Positions 1 to 11,343 of a stretch of 20,660 nt of DNA are shown in pieces. The stretch comes from Ginkgo biloba. Lineage: Eukaryota; Plantae; Ginkgophyta. The translations under genes were made by a program, and so were the position numbers. Location of the stretch: assembly GCA_024626585.2 (NCBI GenBank), contig JANKJI020000004.1, positions 2,907,766 to 2,928,425 of the forward strand, given 5' to 3'. The notes below the pieces were generated by a model. That model had not been told where the DNA came from, did not search any database, and worked only from the letters and a program-made list of their open reading frames with translations. How positions within the stretch are numbered: position 1 is the first letter of the stretch; every line of letters starts with the position of its first letter.

Positions 1-1060
1 TCATTTTGTCGTAGGTTCGAGTTGGTTGGTATGCTTGTTGCGAGTATGTTTCGCCTGATTATCCTTAGTACACCAAATGTTGTCTTGAGTATGCATTTTC
101 TTTCCGAGCATTAATTGTGCCATTTCATGTGTAACTTTCCTGTTTGGTCATTCATGGTATTTGAGTTTTCAGTGGCTTAAGTCACATTCTTGACCATGTG
201 AGGAACTTAACATGGGGAAAATCATCGTACAACCGGGTGAGGTTAAATTAGTCAGCATACATTTGCTTTTCGAATGCCATGACAAGGTGTTGAACTTGTT
301 CATAACTCTCCATCAAATGGTACCAACTCTTGTGTTGATACGGTGGTGACAACCTATTTGGGAAATTGGTAAGCATGTGTATAGGTGTTACTGTATTTCA
401 AGTGTCTAGTTTGGATGCAAGAATTTGTAGGTGGCCATCATAATTCAATATAGTCTCTCTGTAGCATCATTTGATTTCTTGTAAAGACTTATGATGGATG
501 CTGAATCGTGCAAGGTTTTGAACTGATCTATGAAAAGTTCTTGTATCACTACACAAAAGTGGCGGCGCACACATTGAAACCATGATAAAGGAGGTGTACG
601 ACTATGTTGTTAAGGAATATGGCCAAATGCTTGGAAGGGTTGCTATCGCCATTGATAATCAGATGGGAAAGCGAGTTATCGTTGTGGATAATGACTAGTG
701 GTGCTTCCATCCCTCAAGTCTGACTGTATCCAAAATTTTCGTTGTTATTTCCATTACCATTGGTGTTGTTATTATTGAAGCTTTTGTTATTATTACTGCC
801 ACTGAGGTTGCTAAAATTATAATTATTCCTGCTAGTTTGGATTCCTGTATTGTTGTTGTTATTATTCTGATTGTTGTTAGTGTTGTTCAAGTTGTAGCTG
901 TTGAATCCAAATAAAGGATTGGCTGGTTCAGCAAACATATTGTGCTGCCCACCGAAGGTAATATGTTGTCCTCCAATCGGATTGGTGAAACCACCAAACA
1001 TATTATGTTGACTACAAATCGCATTGGTTAGGCCACCAAGCGAAATTGCATTGACTAATG
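1..1060 (-). pseudogene. gag: Degenerate retrotransposon Gag (N/G-rich region, Retrotrans_gag-like capsid region, decayed zinc knuckle)
   Basis: Manual - strand translation: ORF 714-1001 continues in frame past a single TGA into INGDSNPSKHLAIF (G-D/N-P-x-x-H-L-x-x-F gag-type motif). After frameshifts it gives LSWFQ, QELFIDQFK and DNIWCTKDNQAKHT (remnant CX2CX4HX4C). Confidence 0.6.
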
Positions 1061-1746
1061 AAAGGGTTTTCTAGTTATAAAATGGATTACAGTTTGTAGT
1101 TGCATTTGAATAGAAATAGAGTAAATAATAATATAATTATGTTGATTCAAAACTCTTATAGCATATCCTTCTGATGTCACTTTGACAACTCACCAACAAT
1201 TACCCATGAGTTCCTTTGGTGCCTTCTCACTATGGACCTAGTGTGTCCCTTTTAGTGTGGTACATATATGACAAGCACCTCCTAGGAGTTGTCTTTAAGT
1301 ATCAGCAAACCTTATGGCCCCACCCAACCTTGAAAAAATTCATAGTGAATAAACAAGAGTTGTTGTGGGAGAAAGACACAGGGTAATCGTTGTTACAAAT
1401 GTCCCACAGTCCACAGATCTACAACTCCTTCCACTGAAATTGGCCACGATTGAAGTCGCCAAGGATGCACAACATGCATGCAATAGTCCTTGGCCATTTT
1501 AAAGTAGTTTCTTTTGATTTGTGTTGCCCATCGACCATTATAATATCAAAACGATTCAACCCACAGGCTGCAACTAGCTTACACAAGTATGCACAGTTTT
1601 CAACAACATCACATCAACACAATTAAAAACCCTCACACAATTATTCCAGCATTTCAATTCTATGCAATATTCTGAATTGTGCTTTCTATTTCAATTTTTT
1701 TGGGGTAACATCTCCTTCTTCCTTCTTAGCATGCCAGGTTTGAACA

Positions 1747-1760
1747 TGGCTCTGATACCA
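1747..1760 (-). promoter_or_regulatory. Primer-binding site complementary to the 3' end of initiator tRNA-Met
   Basis: + strand tggctctgatacca = - strand TGGTATCAGAGCCA, the canonical plant LTR-retrotransposon PBS, adjacent to the LTR terminal CA. Confidence 0.92.
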
Positions 1761-2077
1761 TGTTATGATTTAGGAAGGAGAAGTGGAGAGAGGAAAGAGA
1801 GATTGGANNNNNNNNNNNNNNNNNNNNNNNNNNNNNNNNNNNNNNNNNNNNNNNNNNNNNNNNNNNNNNNNNNNNNNNNNNNNNNNNNNNNNNNNNNNNN
1901 NNNNNNNGGTAGGGATAAATGTGCATAAATCATACAATAAAATCAATGAGTTGCTACTCCTTATAGGCGTCTTCCTCCCTAGTTTGATTAGGGATCATTA
2001 TCATAAGATGAGGCCAAGGAGTGATATGACATCCCTAGTTTGAGTAAGGAATGATATAGGGAGTAAGGAATGAAACA
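1761..2077 (-). repeat. 5' LTR of retrotransposon 1 (contains an assembly gap)
   Basis: TG at 1761 next to the PBS and candidate CA at 2076-2077. TATA-like CCTATAAGG on the - strand near 1960. Internal short direct repeats (ccctagtttga x2, gagtaaggaatga x2) are typical of U3. Confidence 0.6.
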
Positions 2078-3582
2078 ATATTGGCATAGAGTAGGTTATT
2101 TGAGACTTTGAGTTTTTAATATTTGATGGAGATATAGTTCTCCTTATAAAAAGGGCCAAAATCAATGTAGACCTGAAAGAAAATTATTCTTAGATGAACA
2201 AGGTTAGAAAATTTAAGAGTTTTGGGATTTCGAGTTTTCAAACGTTTGGGTTTTGTGATTAACACACTTTATCAAAATACCCAAAGTCCCTTAGAACCCA
2301 ACATGAGTAAAATAGAGTTAATGAAGTTGTTTGGACTATGGGTTCAAAACCTCCACTTATTCCATTTCATAATTGATACTGACAGACATGAAAATAAATT
2401 AATGTAGAGATGAAAACCATGCACATTTGAAGAGTTGGCTAGATATGATATCTACAATGATAGTAGATGGTGTGGATTAATGTCAGTGCAAAATGATTCA
2501 GTGCATTCAATAGTCTTAAGTTGTAACCTCCAATAAATATACTAGAGTCTAAAATTGCTAGATGAATTCTATGGCGCACGACTGTATGGATCAACAAATC
2601 AGGTACCCTAATAAAATTATACTGCATAAATAGTGAAGGGAGTGTAATGAATAATTTATAACCAAATTAATTGCGGTATTTATTACTAACATTGGTTGTT
2701 CATCAATCTGTATAAGGCAAATAGTTACCATTTAATTAATAGATGGAAGGTTATGACTAAGGGCTTGCTTCTCGTCAATCAAATCCACCATAAAATACAA
2801 GTAGGATCTATTGTCTACTGATCCGTTCTCATCAATTCCAAATAAAGCTTCAGTTTAAGGGGTCGACGACTCAGGGTACCTGTAAGGACTCCATAAATAG
2901 TCCTAATTTCATCTACTAAATGAATAATAACTAATTGCCCTACACTGCATGGATAACAGGAGATCATCACAACCCTTATTAATACTATCCTAATGCTTTG
3001 CCTATAAATAAGACTAATCAAAGAGCTTCTTTCTCCACAAGGACATAGAAATATTAAATAAATCCAAATATCCCACATCATATTTACCTGCACAATAGTG
3101 CACGTCAATGGTAAATCCATGTGCACACACAACGAGCATAGAATCTAAGGCCAATGCCAATGAAATATGCTTGTGAGCAGACATTGCTTGCACTTTCCAT
3201 TTCTCTAGAGAAGTCATTTTGCTATTATCATGAAAAGGGCAACATCATGTGATCTGCCTAAAATTGGTTTAATGCAGGGTGACAAGCATTCTTGTAATAG
3301 TTGTTAGTAAAACAAGAGGTTCCAAAAAGTCAACCATTATAATAGCAACATTTGGCTTTTCCTAACTCTTAAACTTTTGCAGGTATCTAAGAGGTTCTAG
3401 TGATGCTGACCTTGAAATCAACATAATAAAACCTAATATATGGGATATACCTTACTGTTGTATGTATAGTACAAATAGTATGGGTTTATGGGTCGTACAG
3501 ATTGGAATGTCTCAGAATGTTAGAATTTTCCTGAAATCTGCTTGGAATTGTTGAATGACAATAAAATCTTGCTAGAATGTTT

Positions 3583-3745
3583 CTGTTGACTGTTGGAATC
3601 AACTTGTTCATTGCTGGAATAAGGCTGTTGGCTGTCGGATTTTCTTTGTTGACTGTTGGAATAAAATGAAATCTACCTTTGCCGTGTTAGAATCAGCCTG
3701 TTGACTGCTGGATTTCTCTATTATTTGTCAGAATCGACCTGCTAA
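3583..3745. repeat. Degenerate 21-bp tandem repeat (~7 units, consensus ~CTGTTGACTGYTGGAATCAAC)
   Basis: Units start at 3583, 3604, 3625, 3646, 3677, 3698 and ~3718, with one ~10-bp interruption. Confidence 0.75.
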
Positions 3746-6043
3746 TGGGTTGCTGCCACATGTCCAAATTATCCTGCTAACATTCATAAGTAGGCGGTAC
3801 AAACCTAATCTTAACAGTAAGGAAGATTACAATAAGCATTGCTTTAAAGTTTAGAGTTATTGGGACTGGTTTATCTCAGTTCTATGAATCACCTTTGGAT
3901 CCATCCATTAGCACTAATGCGCTTAGCTTGTGAGACCACAACATTCAAATTTATCCTTGCTATTACATGTGCAACTAGAAGCACCTAAATTAGGTGCTAT
4001 GAAAATAATTTATTCGGGCTTTTTCTCTATTCTTGNNNNNNNNNNNNNNNNNNNNNNNNNNNNNNNNNNNNNNNNNNNNNNNNNNNNNNNAACTTGTTTA
4101 TTATAATTGTAAGGTAATACACATATAAGAACGTGAGTGACATTCTTCTTTGAATTGAAATGATTATAAAAGACTTTGTAAAGTCTTAATGTTAGTAGTA
4201 ATGCTATGTTAGCCACATTTTAGCCCATCAATGTAGATAGTTTGTGTGTTTGGTGGATTCATGATACCAATGAGGGTGATGAATCTTCAATGGTCGAGTG
4301 TACTCATTTCCATGCGTTTCCTTGGGAATTATGTAGACTTGAATTGTAGTTCATTTAGTGACGTTGTTCTCTATGAGATTTTTCTATTGTTGAAACTTTT
4401 GCCCATGGTAGATTGGTCTATAAAGTATTGGGAAGCATACCATTACATTAGCTACATGGATTGCAAGGTGGCGGGGGAGTCATGCATAAAGCGTGGTCTT
4501 GAAATACAAAGATAATAGTGTAACATGAATGGGTAAGGTATTTTGAAACCTTGATCTTATAAATTCAGGTAATAAAGGGCCCAATTTCCTTGAAGGGTAC
4601 ATAGTATGTGTGGGTTCCAATTACTCAATGAGAATGGAACTAGTGACTTTGTGTCACTAGACAAAACCATTCTAGGTAAATATAACCATGCCATAAGAAA
4701 GTAACAAGGGCAAGAAAACAAAACAAGCAGGATATGGGAATTAGAGATATGGTTACCATTGGATGGTCTTTGCCTCTCAACCAAACCCTTCTAGTTAGAT
4801 GTAACCTTAGCATAATAAAAAAGAGTAGAAAGAACAACATATATAGATATGGTATTTCTAGAATAAATATATAAAAACGGTTGCATTTGGTGTCACTCAT
4901 GGGTTAACATGCTCTAGAAATTTGTTTTTCTTTAATGCATGGTCATATAGTATGGGTGGATCTCCAAAAAGCACAAGTGTTTCCATACTCACATGTCTCA
5001 TCATATAAGATTNNNNNNNNNNNNNNNNNNNNNNNNNNNNNNNNNNNNNNNNNNNNNNNNNNNNNNNNNNNNNNNNNNNNNNNNNNNNNNNNNNNNNNNN
5101 NNNNNNNNNNNNAAATTAGGATTTTTAATTTTTTTTTGAAATTTTGATAGGGTGGCCTGCGCACATCTGTTTACCTCCTAATCTGATTTTTCGTTTGTCG
5201 AATCGTCTTCTACAAACCTTCTCTCATGATTTGTCTTTGTGGTGAATTTTCAAGCTGCCTCCCGATCGTTGTGGCATCACTCCTACTAGCAGTCTCAACT
5301 AGTCTTCCCTATGGCAAACATTTCTCACGCTCAACCTGCTCTTAGCGTGATTGCTCAGAGTGTTGTTCTCACCAAACGACCTTCATCTCTAAGCGTTCGC
5401 TCTCACTCAAGGATATAAATGGCAATTTTATAAATTCCTTAATCAGACGATCGAATTCGTTTTCTCAAGATGAGATAAAATTGATGCTCTCTGACATTAT
5501 CGAAGTAAAAACTTCCAAGAATTAACAACAATATTAGGAAACAATCTACTTGCAAGATGATTGGGAACTGTTCCCTATAGCGTCGAATAGTAGTGCAAAA
5601 GTGGATTCTGGAAAAACTGAACCACGAAAGAAGCTCTCAGCTTTTGTCATGAATTTAGCCTATACTATACTCGATAAGGCACCAACAACAAAGAGTATAT
5701 TAAGAAAAGTGGCAACAACAAACTTGTGTGGTCTCCATCTTCCTTTGGGTAACCACTCCTCCATGCAAATCCTGTGTGGGCTCTACGTTCTGCAAAACGT
5801 CCCTCATCTTGCACCTTTCGGGATTTTTCCAAGTGATCAAGGGTTTAATTCTTCATGGTCTGCAACAACTCATCTTCTACAACCAACCAACCAGCAAGCC
5901 CTAAACACGAACACAGAACAAAAAAAAAAACATATTTTTGAATTTTTAAATTAATTACTTGCAAGAGTTATTCATCATACAATTATGTACGGTTCACCAA
6001 CAACCTCCTTGATTCACAAACTAGGCTGAGCATTAAACCCTCA

Positions 6044-6055
6044 ACTTTGATACCA
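6044..6055 (-). promoter_or_regulatory. Primer-binding site (tRNA-iMet type, diverged)
   Basis: + strand actttgatacca = - strand TGGTATCAAAGT, versus canonical TGGTATCAGAGC (two transitions), 2 nt from the LTR end. Confidence 0.8.
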
Positions 6056-6057
6056 CA

Positions 6058-6363
6058 TGTGAACAAATGAGGAAGATGAACAAACATAAGACACCAAAGA
6101 ATACCCGATAAAATTGGTCTACCTTCAAATTTCTCATTAAATGCTTCTCAAATATGTGTACAACTATTTCTACACCATAATTATGTAGTGGGCCAATTAG
6201 GAACACGCCACATGTCATGTAACTCCCGACAAGTGTCTCACTTGTGAGTAGTCCCTTAATGACGCATCTCACTATGAATATAATATTACAATTAATACAT
6301 GGCGTCCCACAACTTTAGGTTATGAGCCTAAATACAATAATGTAAACATTAATTACTCTAACA
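6058..6363 (-). repeat. 306-bp 5' LTR of retrotransposon 2
   Basis: TG...CA termini, adjacent PBS, and a T-rich U5-like end on the - strand. No partner LTR is visible in the sequenced parts. Confidence 0.75.
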
Positions 6364-6799
6364 GGATCTAGTCTTATTGATCAGTGTTTGTTTGGCCATG
6401 TGATTGGGTGTTGGTGAGTCAATAGGACTATGTTATTTATTATGTTGGCCGTATGAAGGTGAGATAAAGAGTGATTTTTCACTAGGTCTCGCATTATTCT
6501 TGTGATGGTTATGTGTGTCTAGATAGTTTTGCACTAATAAACGTAAATGCCTCAGATTTAAGAGGTAAGTACTCTCCTTTATGTATTACTCATTTCAAGA
6601 GCAAAGGGGAGGCCAAGTATCATAGAAAAATTTTGTCCAAATTATGCTAGATTTGTGCTTATTGTGAGAATAATGGAAATTGTGTACATAAGCATTAAAG
6701 GTATTATTGAAGAAGGTTTCCATGTGGCAAAGATGTCAAGGTTTGTTGTTTTCTTCTCATGTAAGAATGGTTACGAGATTTTTCTCCTTGGGAGGTTAA

Positions 6800-7158
6800 A
6801 TTGGTTTTCTGTCATGTGTGGGTAGAAGTTGAAGGGGGTTGCATGTTGGTCTTCAAAAGTTTTGCTTGAGATTGTTGCTCCATTTGATGGATTTGTGGCA
6901 ATGGAACAAGAGGCCAAGTTTGTTAATAGACCAAATATTAGGGTTTGTGTAGTAGATCTGGCCAAGAAATTAGTGGAAAAAATATATTTTGAATTAAAAA
7001 TTGGAGATAAGATATCTAAACATAAAATTTGTTTTTTTAGTCTTCTAAATGCATGCTACAAATGTTGTGAGCAAGGTCATAGTGTGAAAGATTGCCCGTT
7101 TCTAAAACCTAAAGGCCCTCTACTAGTTAAAAAAGAAACTTTGTTTGGGAAGTTGTGA
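6800..7158 (+). pseudogene. LINE ORF1 remnant (plant L1 DUF4283-associated region and CCHC zinc knuckle)
   Basis: VWVEVEG / WSSKVLLEI...RVCVVDL pattern, and CYKCCEQGHSVKDC (CX2CX4HX4C) at 7054-7095. Confidence 0.8.
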
Positions 7159-7385
7159 ATAAAGAGAGTACCATAATTGAGGAAAAACGATAGAATGTCA
7201 ACTAGTTAAGAAACTTGAGAAGAATGATTTATGTGCATGATACCCTTAATACAATTAGTTTGGAAGATGATGGAGGGGCTTCTCCTTTTTCCATCTTTGT
7301 TTCACCACAATGGGGTAAGATGAAGTCGAAACCAATGGAAGTTGAAAAGTTGAGTACGTTAGTGGAAAAAGAAATTCAAGTTAAT

Positions 7386-8170
7386 ACTCTACGAATAGTG
7401 AGCCTCAAAATCAAGGGATGTTGAACCTCATTTAATTAGTAAAACTAAATTTGAGATTTTTTAGAATTTAAACTTGGAGGCTTAAATTGAAGATTGCATC
7501 ATGGAATGTTAGAAGTCTATATTTCATGGACACTAAGACTTCAACCTAGATGTTTAGAAACTTAATCCATTCATTTGATGTTTTTTGTTTCCAAGAGGTG
7601 AAAACTGTGGCAGATAAGTTAGGATTGGCTTTGAAGTATATATGGAAGGGAGAGGAGGTTCTACATTATGACTTGACCACGTGCCATCAATGTTGAGCAA
7701 TGGTGTTACTCTGTATAAAATGATGGTGTGCATTGAGATGAGAGGTGAACATTTGGATATTTCGTATTGTATCCATGTATGCACCAAATCTCCTAGAGGA
7801 TCTCAAGCTACTTTGGGATTGGTTGCTAGACAATCTTGAAGGTGTTGCTTGGATACTTGGAGGGGAGTTTAATGATAGAAGTTGTTGAAGACAAAAAAGG
7901 GGGAAACGTTTTCACATGGAAGGCTGATGAGAGAGGAGCATGGTTTAGAATTGAAAGACGATTGGGGATNNNNNNNNNNNCTAATGAAAAAAAAAAAAAA
8001 AAATTCTCGTGTTTATAATTTCTCATGGTCTAACCAATAGAAGGGTAAAAAGAGAATTTTATGTGGATTGGATAGATTTAAGATTCCTATTCATGGTTCT
8101 TTTACAATGAAAGGAACGATGGTCCTTCTGGCGACCATATCTAATCGTTCTCCAATTGTCATTGATTTGG
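7386..8170 (+). pseudogene. LINE ORF2 apurinic-like endonuclease domain remnant
   Basis: Motifs in the expected order: LRIVSLKIKG (S-x-N-x-x-G), MYAPN (~7775), WILGGEFN (GDFN, ~7850), FSWSN (~8019), LDRF (8068), SNRSPI (SDHxP, ~8140). Confidence 0.82.
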
Positions 8171-8826
8171 AAGTTAGAGGATCTAAGAAGGAATATAAAC
8201 AATCCTTGTATAAGTTAAATGTTTCTCTGATCAAGTGGGGACTCGTTGGGAAGGGGTGGAAAGGATGTGGATTTTTGTCCCAAAACCAATAGGAAACATC
8301 AATTGGATAGATTGGTTACCTTCTTGAGAAATTTTAGAAGACAAGTAGCTAGAATTAGGAGGAAACAACTTAATGAAGACCGATTAAATAAAGCTATCTC
8401 AAGACTGGAAGGAGATCCATTTAATGAAGTTGTGCAACATATTGTAGTTGAATTAAAACATGAATTTTGAAAATATGAATCTTATGTATCTCAAGGTAGA
8501 AGAGTGAGAAGTAGAGATAAAATAGGGTGATAGACGCTGCATTTTATTTTTGTTTTTTATTTTTCGATTATGAAAGACCAATTAAGCAAGAACTAGAATA
8601 GAGTTGATTAAAGATGGTGAAAAAAAGAGTCATTGACCAAGAAGGGATAGTGTGGGTCTTTCAAAAGTTTTATTAGAACTTTTTAAAATCAGGATACTCC
8701 TCATCTGAAAGGGACAAAGATTTGGAGAAATGTATGGAGGTTGTGCTGCACATATTGAAGGGCAGTTAGAAACTAATGCTAGATAAACCTTTATCTGTAT
8801 AAGAACTTCACAGGTTTATTAAGTCA

Positions 8827-9940
8827 ATGAAAAACAGTAAATCTCCAGGGATGGATGGTTTACTAGTAGAATTTTATAAAGAGTTTTGGGGATTAGTAGG
8901 GGAATATTTGTTGAGAGTATATGAAGAAGCACTAAATGACGGTTGTATGGGTGAGTGNNNNNNNNNNNNNNNNNNNNGGCTCAATACTAGCTTAGTTATA
9001 TTGATACCTAAGGAGGGAGATAGAGAATTGGTGACTAATTGGAGGCCCATTACCCTTTTCAATGTAGGGTGCAAGATATTGATTAAAGCATTGTCTAAGA
9101 GGTTTGCATTGATTCTAAATGATGTGGTTTCTAAAGAATATATTGGTTTTATTAAAGGGAGTTGTGTCTTGGAGAATTTAATCCCATTACCCTTTTCAAT
9201 GTAGGGTGTAAGATATTGACTAAAGCATTATCTAAGAGGTTTGCATTGATTTTGAATGATGTGGTTTCTAAAGAATATACTAGTTTTATTAAAGGAGTTA
9301 TATCTTGGACAATTTAATTGATGCATAGGAAGGCATTGATTGAGCTTAGCGAACTGATCTACATTCGGTCTTGGTTGTGCTTCATTTTGAGAAAGCATAT
9401 GATAGAGTAGATCATGGTTTTGTGGACTTCATGCTCAATGTAATAGGGATTGCTGACAGATTTTACAAATATGTGAAAGTGCTTGCCAATAATGGTTCCA
9501 TGAAAGTTTGCATAAATGGAGCACTATCTGATAACATTTTCTTGTAGAGGTTCATTAAACAAGGATGTCCATTGGGTCTCTCGTTTGTAATTGTTGCTAA
9601 TGCTATTGGGTACCTACTTAGCGATAAAAGTGGGCCTAAAATACAAGTCATTGTGCTTCCTAATAACAAATCCTAGTTAACTAATAATCATTTTGTAGAT
9701 GACTCTACTCTTTATTTGAAAGTTGAACCTCAAAATATCTAAAAGTAATGAACATATGTTTTTTCTGTAGCCTCTGGAGCAAAACTTAATATGCAAAAAC
9801 TATTGCAATTTTATCTTGTAGAGGGAATTTGGAGGACTAGGGAGATTAATTCGAATGAAAGCGGTTAGAAAGGGGTCAAATCACGAGATTCTTAAGTATT
9901 CCTTTTGGCCTAGATGTTAACCTAGGGCAAAAGGGTAATA
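8827..9940 (+). pseudogene. LINE ORF2 reverse transcriptase domain remnant
   Basis: KSPGMDGLLVEFYKEFW, LIPK...NWRPITL...KIL, HFEKAYDRV (9383), KQGCPL (9557), FVDD (9692), ASGAKLN and FLSIPF (YLGIP-like). Confidence 0.92.
9046..9318 (+). repeat. 137-bp tandem duplication inside the LINE RT
   Basis: 9046-9182 is repeated at 9183-9318, with about 11 differences counted by eye, including a 1-bp indel. Confidence 0.95.
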
Positions 9941-11343
9941 ANNNNNNNNNNNNNNNNNNNNNNNNNNNNNNNNNNNNNNNNNNNNNNNNNNNNNNNNNNN
10001 NNNNNNNNNNNNNNNNNNNNNNNNNNNNNNNNNNNNNNNNNNNNNNNNNNNNNNNNNNNNNNNNNNNNNNNNNNNNNNNNNNNNNNNNNNNNNNNNNNNN
10101 NNNNNNNNNNNNNNNNNNNNNNNNNNNNNNNNNNNNNNNNNNNNNNNNNNNNNNNNNNNNNNNNNNNNNNNNNNNNNNNNNNNNNNNNNNNNNNNNNNNN
10201 NNNNNNNNNNNNNNNNNNNNNNNNNNNNNNNNNNNNNNNNNNNNNNNNNNNNNNNNNNNNNNNNNNNNNNNNNNNNNNNNNNNNNNNNNNNNNNNNNNNN
10301 NNNNNNNNNNNNNNNNNNNNNNNNNNNNNNNNNNNNNNNNNNNNNNNNNNNNNNNNNNNNNNNNNNNNNNNNNNNNNNNNNNNNNNNNNNNNNNNNNNNN
10401 NNNNNNNNNNNNNNNNNNNNNNNNNNGGTATACAAAAGGTATAAGAATACGGGTAGACTTGTGGGATGATGCATTTAAAAATTGGATGTCTTGGAATAAG
10501 ATGCAAGAGGAACTTAATCTAATAGTAATGAACATATGCTTTTTGTTTAGCCTCTGGAGCAAAACGCAACATGAAAAAACTATTGCAATTTTATCTTGTG
10601 GAGGGAATTTGGAGAACTGGGGAGATAAATTCGAATGAAAGTGGTTAGAAAAGGGTCAAATCACAAGATTCTTAAGTATTCCTTTTGCCCTAGATGTTAA
10701 CTTGGGGCAAATGGGTAAATGAACAAAATTGAGAAAAAAAACTATGTAGATAACTAAGTTGGAAAGAATCATCAGATATTTTTTATGGTTAGATGGTAGA
10801 GGGGCCAAAAGAGCTCATGTTGTCAACTAGGAAATTTGTTGGTAAAAAAGGATCGATGGGTGTAAGGGTATTTAAAAATTGATTAAACATGGTAGAGCAA
10901 TTTGATAAAAATGGATTCTTAAATTAGTGAAAGGAGAGGAATGTTGGCAGCAATTGATAAGAAGAAATGTGGAAGATCGAGTGTCTAAAGAGTAACCAAC
11001 ATGAAAGAGTTTGTCTTTCGCTAATGTTGGCCTATTCAATAACAGTATAAGGTAATGGAATTTGTTATGTTTAAATCGATATGGAGGAGTTTGTAGAGTT
11101 TAGTATATCTACTATATCCAAAAATTGATAATTGAAGGAGGGGATCTTCCTTATGCTTTTGCTCATTATGGTGGATTAAGATGGAAAATGGTCAATATCT
11201 CAACTATGATGGTATACATCCAACATTAAGATGGTATATAAAAGGTATAAGAACATGGGTAGAGTTGTGGGATGATGCATCTAAAAATTGGATGCCTTGG
11301 AATAAGATATAAGATTAACTTAATCTAAAAGTAATGAACATAT
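9737..11343 (+). repeat. ~800-bp tandem duplication in the LINE 3' half (first copy largely within an N gap)
   Basis: 9737-9940 matches 10517-10720, and 10428-10537 matches 11231-11343. Confidence 0.88.

Larger units (their letters stand above)
1..2077 (-). mobile_element. Degenerate LTR retrotransposon (Ty3/gypsy-like gag), 5' portion: LTR, PBS, leader and gag; continues beyond the window start
   Basis: PBS TGGTATCAGAGCCA on the - strand (1747-1760) directly abuts an LTR end (...AATCATAACA at 1761). Degenerate gag motifs lie downstream on the - strand. The LTR outer boundary is uncertain (2031 or 2077). Confidence 0.8.
5113..6363 (-). mobile_element. Second LTR retrotransposon remnant: 5' LTR, PBS, leader and probable decayed gag N-terminus
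   Basis: The - strand reads TGTTAGAGTAAT (6363) ... GTTCACA (6058), a 2-nt spacer, then TGGTATCAAAGT (6055-6044), a tRNA-iMet PBS variant. A charged frame starts at ATG 5497 (MSESINFISS*ENEFDRLIKEF...) and is broken by stops compatible with C>T decay. Confidence 0.75.

Noticed and set aside
2243-2290. Short imperfect inverted repeat (tttgggttttgtgat / atcaaaatacccaaa)
   Set aside because: It is too short and AT-rich to support a miRNA or MITE call.
3350-3410. Splice-acceptor-like CTAAC...TTTTGCAG and copia-like RYLRGSSD peptide
   Set aside because: It is an isolated motif with no supporting exon or flanking RT/RNase H motifs.
5550-5954. 134-aa + strand ORF
   Set aside because: It lies antisense within the leader of LTR element 2 and has no recognisable motif.
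9876-10562. Long ORFs of 185-228 aa in the track, and similar X-rich ORFs elsewhere
   Set aside because: They are artefacts of translating through N gaps.
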